A stretch of DNA of 64,000 bases from Podarcis filfolensis (lineage: Eukaryota): the NCBI GenBank assembly GCA_964270895.1, contig OZ185438.1; one strand, given 5' to 3'. The notes below the pieces were generated by a model. The model had not been told where the DNA came from, ran no database searches, and worked only from the letters and a program-made list of their open reading frames with translations. The position numbers were made by a program, and so were the translations under genes. This document shows, in pieces, positions 54,473 through 64,000 of the stretch. Numbering within the stretch: position 1 is the first letter of the stretch; each line of letters starts with the position of its first letter.

Positions 54473-56329
54473 TGCATATTAAGGTGAGTGAATGAGTACA
54501 ATATGTTCTAGTGCAGCCGTATCAAACTGCCAACATAGTAGTTGCCAGAACATAGTTTCCAGTAATTAAGAAACTTGTGAAATGATCTAGAGGCACAATG
54601 AGTCTTTGTGACACATAGCTCATATACATTTTTCAAAGGGTACTTAAGTCATTCTTGCAAATTACCATGATTAAATGTCAACTTAACTTCAACCATCAAA
54701 GATTGTACTGTCTCTTAGATATAGAAATTAATTTAAGTTCATTTTAATTCCTTTCTAGAGACAAAATGCCTCCTTGTTTCCATCTTTTTTTAAGAAGTCC
54801 AACATGGGGAAAAAATTCAACTCTTCCTTTGATTTCAAAATAGTGATGGAAGATCTGAGTCTGGGCAGGGCTAAATGTGAGGCAGGACTCTGTCTCAAAC
54901 CTGTTTTCCATGTTGCTGCTTTGCTATGAACTAGCAATAAAAATAGTGCCTATCTAGCTGTGCCAGGAATCACATCTGGGATTAAAGCAATAATCAGGCT
55001 CTCCTGCCAAGATTATGCACCCATTATTTTCACTTGGAAACTATTGGCAGGACTGGCCTGACTGATTAAATAGACCTCTACTGACTCAAAATGTGGAAAT
55101 CATCATAACAGAAGCAACTGATTTTACAGACGGTTTAGTTCTTTTGTTCATACTGCATTATCAGTGGTCCAACACAGGCAACCATCTTAACCAAGTAGTC
55201 TTCTACCCTGATTTTTTTTTTTTTTAAAGACGTAGTATGGAGTTTCTGCCACACTTTCTAATGTGTGGTAAAATTGGGAGCCTTATGAAGTGGCAAATCT
55301 TTGCCCCACCTCCATTTACCCCTTGGTACTATTTGCCATTTGTTTTCACCTATGTAAACACTTTTGACTTTAGAAACATTTATTTAAAATAAATTATGGC
55401 TTCTGACAAGCTGTATCCATTATGCATTTATAAATTGGGGCAGGGGGCTGTGAGAATTCCTGAGCAACACCTGACACTTTCAACTTGCTAGTGTATATAT
55501 AGGAGTTAAGGTCTTCGTTTATGTCTTGGTGGTGGTGTTGGTGATGGTGTTTTCAAATTATTTTTATTAGTTTTCCAAATTACTTTAATTTAATACAATT
55601 TCTTCCTATATGCCTTTGTTAATGGGCAATAAAGTGAGAACCCTTTCACTCTGAAATTTGGCAAGTGTTATTCCTGGTGGTGGGGTAGTAAGTAGAATGC
55701 CTGGAAATTGCATTAAGAAGGACAGATTTTACAGGCAGAATAGCAGCTGGGTCATCTGTTGAAATCAATGGGAAGAAAAAAGAATGATGAAAATACACCC
55801 AGCTTTACCAAGCAGACAGTTCTGTTGGAAGAAATCTAGGGAATTGGAAGTCTGATTTAGCGTAAGGTTAGAAATTTTTTTACTTAAAAGAATTATTTTT
55901 CGTCTCTCTTCCTTCTTGATGCACACAAAGCTTCTCCTACCTCTTTGTTATACTATATGATACATGTGCTTCAAAATTGGAGAGTGAACTTTTTTCCTGC
56001 TGGTATGACAAATAAGGCTTTAAATGAATTGACGAAAACTTTGTAACAGGATTTGATCTTGAGAAATTGGAACAGCAAGAATTCTTCAGCATGATGACGT
56101 ATTTGTGAGCAATACCTAATATATTTGAATACCTTGAAATGTTTCATTTTAAGGACTTCCAGCATCCTTGTTCAAGGTTTTCTATTTGAAACAACATTGT
56201 ATATGTCAAAATAGTTTTACAAGAAAATTCCATCTAACAAGACAGCTGAATGAAACATAGGTCTTACTGCCTTATCTTGTCAAGAAGCTGTAAATATTCG
56301 AATAAAAGACCACATACAAAGTCATGTAA

Positions 56330-56449
<120 letters not shown>

Positions 56450-57229
56450 TAATTATTTTGTTTGCTTGACTTAACCTCCCTACTTAAAGGATATGTATTC
56501 TGTGCTTTATTGCAGAACCCTTATTTTCTTATTTAAGAATATTCCCTCAGTTACCGCAACTGTTGTTCTTATGCAATACTTTATTCGAACACATAGGAAC
56601 TTTAAAAAATATTCAGGGCATGTTTGACTAGAAAAAAGGACCTGTTATATATGTGGTGATGGTTGATGGATCAGGTTTTTTCCCTAAAGCATATTGATTT
56701 TATATATTTAACTTTGGAAAGTCACTAAAGGCTGATTACATTTTTATTTTTTCTAATTCTTTATTAGTCCAAAGTGCGCTTAGCAAATGATACAGAGATA
56801 AAGAAAGGTGTAATAAAACAGTGTCAATTTGTTTAGTAGATAGCACTGTGAGGGAAGGGAGTGAGATAACTGAGGATTCAGCCATACAGCTGCAAGTAAA
56901 ATGTTTTAAGTGTGTTTTAAGTGCAATATACAATATGACACTAGTTGGCAATGGTGAGCCTTATGGAAAATTCACGTATTTTTAAAAAGCTTTTAAAAAA
57001 GCATTTTCAGAACTTTTTTATATCTGTGTAGATTCCACCTGAGAGTGCTCCTGTCTGGAGTGGTTGTTCCTCTAACCAGAAGATTTGGGGTTGACCTGTC
57101 AGACTGCCCTGCAGCCTGCTGGTGTTACTTTTTAATTGCAGGGCAATTCATTGCCATTAATAATTATACATGACAGGACTGGTGTGCCATATATAACTGG
57201 GATCTCAGTGGGTGATTAAACTGGAAGGA

Positions 57230-57438
57230 TTCTATCCTAGTTATGTATTCCAGAAGGAACAATCCTATCAGCTAAGGTGGCCTCAATGGCAAGGAGTGCA
57301 TATTTCCATCTATGGCTGGTTTGGCAGCTATGGTCATTCATGGACCAAGATAGATTGCCACCAGTAACTCATGCTCTAGTGACCTTAGTTCTTGTTTATT
57401 GCAATGTGTTCTATGTGAGGCTGCCTTTGAAAACTGAC
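57230..57438 (+). mobile_element. L2 LINE ORF2 fragment
   Basis: ORF 57277.. MARSAYFHLWLVWQL...VTHALVTLVLVYCNVFYVRLPLKT aligns with the 33.4-kb L2 segment. Confidence 0.75.
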
Positions 57439-57796
57439 CAGAGCATCTCTCATTTGTTGTGCTTGGCTACCTGTTTGCTTTACCAGGAAGCCAAGACCCA
57501 TGGAACAAGCACAGAGAAAATTGTGTACGGAGAACACAAGTATGGATTATCATAGTGCCTACTCTATGCCAGTGATGGTGACAAAACATACTTAGTTCTC
57601 CATCACCATTATATTCTCAAATAGCAGTCCTGTAGAAACTTTGTTAAAGGGATTATTAGAACACAGCTCTAGGATGGTTGTATTAGAACCCTTGAAGGCC
57701 TGCTTTTATTCATTAGAATGAATTATGAGAATGGCTTTTAAAATCCACATTAACATATATCTTCCATTGCTCCCCTTTTCTGATTATGACACATGA

Positions 57797-57976
<180 letters not shown>

Positions 57977-59074
57977 TAATAACTAGCTGCCATTGACCCA
58001 GAGTGAGAATACAGAAATACTTTTTGGGTAGTAGCTCTTACACAACCTGCATCCATTTCAACTGAGTTTGCACTTTGGGGTGAATGATGTTGGAAGTATC
58101 CTGTATAAATGCTTGATGTCAGAGGAATTATGTTTGTATATATTCAGCTTTTTGGTCCTGTATCAAAATATAATGTAAGAATAAATACCCTGAACCACTG
58201 CATAGAACAACAATCATGACAGGTATATAGGATCTTTATTTATACCTTTATTTAGCAGGATCTTACATTTAAAAACATCTTCCAGTTCTCATTAAAACAG
58301 TCAAAATAGTAGAACAGCTGCTTTATTAAAAAGATTTGTTAAGAAATAAGGTCTTTATTAGACTATCCTTCGAGGAACAAATTTAAATCTGTACATTGCA
58401 ATTATAAATTGAAGCTAAGCCAAGGTAAAATACTGGCAGCATTCCTACTTTAACCAACATGAACTAAGTTTCTCACAAAAGCTTATCTTCCTTCAGATAA
58501 GAATAGATTCTGTGCTTCCTTTCAAGTTCTTTGTGTATTAAAAAATAGACTTTTCTATTACGAAACAAGTAGACCATACAAAATATTAATACATAATTGT
58601 ACAAATGGCCAGATAATAAAGGGTATCCTTAATATGCTATCAGATGTGAAGTAATGCTGATGTAAGGAGAGCAAACAATAAGCTTGTATGATAGATGCAT
58701 TTGAGTACACTCTCCAGTAGATAGAGGTGAATTTTTTTCCACACCATCGGAAACCTATTTTTCCAGATCCTCTTAAAATCCTCTTCCCAATTTCAGCTAT
58801 ATTCTTTTGAGGTCTATAGGAAGCAGACTGCATATTTTAAAATGTTTCCTTAAGAACTTTAGTTTTTGAAGGTAGTTCAAGTGCCAGAAGAACATACTAG
58901 TTCCTCCAAAGAAATGCTAAGTTCATTTGGGAAGTCTGGATGTGATTGTGTCATTTTCAAGAAGGAAAGCTTTTTATTTAATCACAAGAGAATAGGTATC
59001 TTAATAGTTAAAGAATCTGTTGAGGTCATATTGAATCCCAATTCTGTCTCCGATGCCACTGGGCCCAAACTTAC

Positions 59075-59843
59075 AAAATGAATTTCAGCAGCAACAAATG
59101 TCATGTTCTACACTTAGGCTGGAGGAATCAGCTGCACAAATATAAGATGGGGGACATCTGACTTGCCAATAGTACATGTGAAAAGGATCTAGGAGTCTTA
59201 GTAGACCACAAGCTTAACATGAGTCAACAGTGTGAGTCAGCAGCAAAAAAACTAGTGCTATTCTAGGCTGTATCAACAGAAGTATAGCGTCCCTATCAAG
59301 GGAAGCAGTAGTCCCATTCTATTCTGCCTTGGTCAGATTATGCCTGAAGTACTGTGTCCAGTTTTGGACACCACAATTTAAAAAGGATATTGACAAGCTG
59401 CAACGTGTTCAAAGGAAGATGACCAAGATAATCAAGGGACTGGAAACCAAGCTTATGAAGAACAGTTGAGGGAATTGTGTATGTTTAGCCTGGTGAAGAG
59501 GAGACTGAGAGGAGATATGATAGCCACATTCAGCTATCTAAAGAGTTGCCATATGGAAGATGGAGCAAGCTTGCTTTTTTCAGCCCCAGAAACTAGGACC
59601 CTAACCAATGGCTTCAAGATACAAGAAAGGAGATTCCAATGAAACACCAGGAGGAACTTTCTGACAGGTAGAGCTATTTGGCAGTGGAATAGGCTCCCAC
59701 AAGAGGTGTCAAGCTCTCCTTCATTGGAGGTTTGTAAACAGAAGTTCAATGACTATCTGTAATGGATGCTTTAGTTGAGTTTCTTGCATTGCAGGGGGAC
59801 GGCTAGATGACCCTTGAGGTCCCTTCCAACTCTATGATTCTAT
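59075..59843 (+). mobile_element. CR1 LINE, 5'-truncated 3' fragment
   Basis: Decayed ORF2 (TCEKDLGVLVDHKLNMSQQC; YCVQFWTPQFKKDIDKL; KRRLRGDMIA) and a CR1 terminus GAGGTCCCTTCCAACTCTATGATTCTA. Confidence 0.9.
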
Positions 59844-61473
59844 AAAATAAGTTGTATTTTCCCATGCTAGCTTTGAAGCTCTGACTTTGCCTAGCTGATT
59901 TTCTTTTTATTTTCAACTATGCTAAAGGAGTAACAGAATAGCGTTGTTTCAAGAGGCATAACTGAAATCATATGAAGTCATCTTTGATCTTACATTAGAA
60001 TTTCCATATCCAGCAAAGAGATTTTTTGCAAGCTATCTTTTCTGTTTGTGCCACCTGTGTGCTGACTGAATGACTGCACTGTGCATGAATGTCAATATGA
60101 GTAGCAAGGCATTTCCTCAGCTACAGTCTCAGTTTCATCCCACTACCACTACACCATTCAGTTTGTGAAGGTGTCAGGGGTGCTATAACACACAGGTGGA
60201 CGGTAAAGTTGATGAATGGTTAATCTCAAATCTTCTGCTGCCGTCTTAACACCCTCCCACTGCACTGCCTACCTCAAAAAATATCATACTCCTTTCTGCA
60301 GTCTACCAAAAGTGTTATGCTTTGGGTGACTGCTGCTGGTTGTTTCAGCAAGACTTAAGCCATGTTAATAAATCTTGCAGCTAGAGACAAAGAAGACTTA
60401 TCTGGATCACCCCAGGAGCACTTTGGAAAAGTGATTTCTTATTCCCTCTATCCAGTGCTTACCTGACCTTACGAAAGGGAAGGGCCACATGACTTCTCTA
60501 CAGCTGCTTTTTCTTCTTGTATATTGCCTCATTGCCAGGTCTTTTCCAGATCTCACCTTGCAACCTGATCCTGATAATCTGTGTGGAAGAGCAAGAGCAT
60601 CTTTCTAGCAGTTGATTCATGAGTAGGGACTATGTATTTCATCACTTTGGAACAATACATTTGTCTCCAAATGCAACAGGGATAGAGAAATTCTTCAATG
60701 GTGCACAAACCAAGTAGCTAACCCAGGCAGTCTTTATCTAAAAAGTAGTCAAGGTGGCTACTCAGCATTTTACCCCTCTGTTCATTTTTGGAAGAGCTTT
60801 CAACAAGATCCTGGTAGAAGATACATAGGTAATATTTGTGACAGCTTCTGGTTTTTCAAACTGAAATAAAACCACCATTTAATTCTGACATTCATATAAT
60901 TTGTAGTGTAGGGACTGACACTCCAGATTTTTGTATGCCACAGTAGATCCCATGAAACTAACAAAAGCACATATGGAGTTCTCTGGATTATTCTTTAAAG
61001 GCTATTCATAAATTCTTATAGCATTCTGTAAATTTCAGTGACTGCATTTTCATAACTTCTTAGGAGCAAGTTTTTTCCTATTCTATGATCTGCAGGGTTT
61101 CGCCTAAAATCAGATTTTAGTACTATTAGCTGTAACTGAACCATTATTTGAATCACTTAGTTTGGTAACACACTGTTTTCTGAATATTGCCTTTATTATT
61201 TAGATTAACCTTGCCTTTCAAATGCATTATGAGGGTGACTTTATCATAAAACAGCAACTCTATTAACTGTGGAATCAAGGGATTCTTAAGTATATTAAAT
61301 AGCTACCTTCATTGTAATAACAGTTGGGAGAATATCAGAGCTGGGCCCAAAGACTGGAGTGGTAAAAAGAACTTGTAATTGTTTGGCTACAAGTATTGCG
61401 AGATACATCTCCTGGGTGTTTATACAAACAGATGTTGCATGCACTATTTCTTTACTGTTTAGAACTTTTATGA

Positions 61474-62139
<666 letters not shown>

Positions 62140-62163
62140 TAATTATATTTAAAATTGATTAGA

Positions 62164-62169
62164 AATAAA
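62164..62169 (+). promoter_or_regulatory. Candidate intronic polyadenylation signal (AATAAA) for a short CNKSR2 isoform
   Basis: AATAAA lies about 20 nt after the in-frame read-through stop (62140-62142) and is followed by U/GU-rich sequence. Confidence 0.45.
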
Positions 62170-64000
62170 TTGCATGTAGAAAAGGGAAATTGTTTAATTG
62201 TGAATATGACTTTTGATCATACCTTTTTTCTGTACATAGTAGAAATAATTAGCTTTTGACACAAAAATTAACTTTTTATGCATGCTAACTTGATAAATCA
62301 AATTTTAGAACAGCTTTATTCGCAGCACAGTTATTCTTCATGTTTATTATCATTTTTTTTCATGGAGGGGTATTTTGCCTATACTAGTGTGCTTCTGTCT
62401 TGGATGCTAGTTTCTTTCACAGGCATGAATTTCTTGTTTTGTGATAAGTGTGTTTGTGTTGTTCTTCAAACTTTGGAAAGAAAATCTTTGATGGTGAATA
62501 TGAAATATTTATTTCTAGTCCTAGGGCTCTTGCATTCTGGAAGGCTCCAATCCTGATAGTTTAAGTTAGGCAGTAGGTGTCTTTCCTAATTCAGTTTGCT
62601 CCTGCCTTCATCGAAAGCAGTCAGGCTGCCATTAAACTCCCATCTCTACTCTGCTGAGACAATATATTTCTTTCTTTGTATGACTTTTCAGTCTGTCCTT
62701 CTGCCTTTTGCCCTACTTGCATTTGGCTTATTTTCTACCTTATGTGGCTCGCTGGTTCACATTTTCTCTACTTTCTCCTAAAAAAACCCCAAACATTTTA
62801 AAAAACATTAGCATCAACACCTTTGCCTCCTCTTTGTCTAGCCTCTTCTCTATCCCCCCCCCCCCCGCTTTTTTCTGGCTCTTTGGTGGAGAGTGGTGAG
62901 AGTGGAATACCAGCCTCTTTAAACACAACTTTAGGTCCAGGTGTGAGTGCTGTATCAGTGTTTCAGAAGTGTCCCTTTAGTGGGAATGACAGCAGACTGC
63001 CTTTCCTCTGCAGTGTCTCGCGATTCCAGCCAGCCAGTAGCCCACAAGGCAACAGAGGCTCCTGACTGGATCTTAAGAGTAGTATTCCATTGCTAGGGTA
63101 AAGTCATCCTCCCCCAGTTAGATTTGACTACAATATTTTGTCCTAGATAGGTCCTAGTTTCTCCTTTGTTGCTGTTATGGATTTCTTGTACAATTAGGCT
63201 GGCCTAAATTCCAACATAGATAGATGCTGATTTATAAAGGCAACATGCAGTGAAAGATTGTTCACTAATACTGCACCATTTTCTACTGCATACTGAAAAC
63301 CCAGTAAACGAATGGGTCTAAAATATAAGCATAATAGCTACTGAGCATACAAGCCAAAACTCAAGTTTCTTGTTACTATGGTTATCAGTATTCTGCTCAT
63401 ATTATTGGCACTTTATTTTACAGTATATGTACATGTCACATATTTTACTGCTCTACTCCTTTGTCATTAATTGGAGCCTCACATTACAAAAGTGGCAGGA
63501 ATTCTTCCTGACATAGAGAGATATGGTTTAAAAACTTGTCCTGCTTAATTTCTGCATCTTAAGATAATGTTAAAGGCACCAGAAAAGAAAAAAAAGTGAT
63601 AAGTGTAGATAGCAATACTTTTTCAAAATGTTAAATGGTTTACTGGGAACATTGCATACTTAACATTTATGAAGCAAAACCTGGTGAACAATAGTTGCCA
63701 CTTCACAGCTTTCGCTCCTATTTTGTTCATTGCCCTGAGCAGGGATAAAATTCAGACTGGCAATATTTTTAAAAAAATAAGTCATAAGGGGAAGTTGATT
63801 GAGGAATACAGGAAGAGAAGTAAACTCTGAGCCTTATATATGTGTTTATATAAAATTATGCTTCTTGTGCTGAGAAGCCATACTGTGAGCCATACTTGTA
63901 ATATGCTAGAAGATGCAAGATACTGTTTTCTGGTGCAACATACAAATTTTTGAAGTAGCGTAAAATAGATTCCTTCATCTCAGAGGGTTTTGAAGATCCT

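Noticed and set aside
53888-54495. Cluster of overlapping 60-145 aa ORFs on both strands
   Set aside because: These are a by-product of the GC-rich, stop-poor palindromic array in the MITE. The translations are repetitive with no recognisable domain.

Overview
Vertebrate (eukaryotic) genomic DNA. It is squamate and probably a lacertid lizard, judged from the Sauria-type and Squam-type SINEs. The window lies inside one large + strand gene, CNKSR2 (CNK2/MAGUIN; SAM-CRIC-PDZ-PH scaffold). I located 13 coding exons by translation and GT/AG boundaries; by my recollection of the human gene they are exons 7, 8 and 10-20. They run from the PDZ domain through the PH domain to the acidic pre-C-terminal exon. 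Exon 9 is not visible, and a 196-N assembly gap (26895-27090) lies where it is expected. The 5' exons and the last exons lie outside the window. Introns are AT-rich and carry L2 and CR1 LINE remnants, tRNA-derived SINEs, TA-flanked Tc1/mariner-type MITEs, a hAT-like MITE, microsatellites and a Penelope-like remnant. Most notable: (i) a complete minimal type I hammerhead ribozyme motif on the - strand (25517-25554) inside a 65-bp perfect inverted repeat; (ii) a MITE family with a constant frame but different palindromic cores, including a three-unit array of hairpins (53999-54346) and 48-bp and 58-bp spacer-less palindromes; (iii) a donor read-through with a nearby AATAAA that would give a short CNK2B/MAGUIN-2-like isoform. 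Apart from those overlapping CNKSR2 exons or LINE remnants, ORF-track entries look like noise. Exon numbers and repeat family names are from memory, not from a database search.
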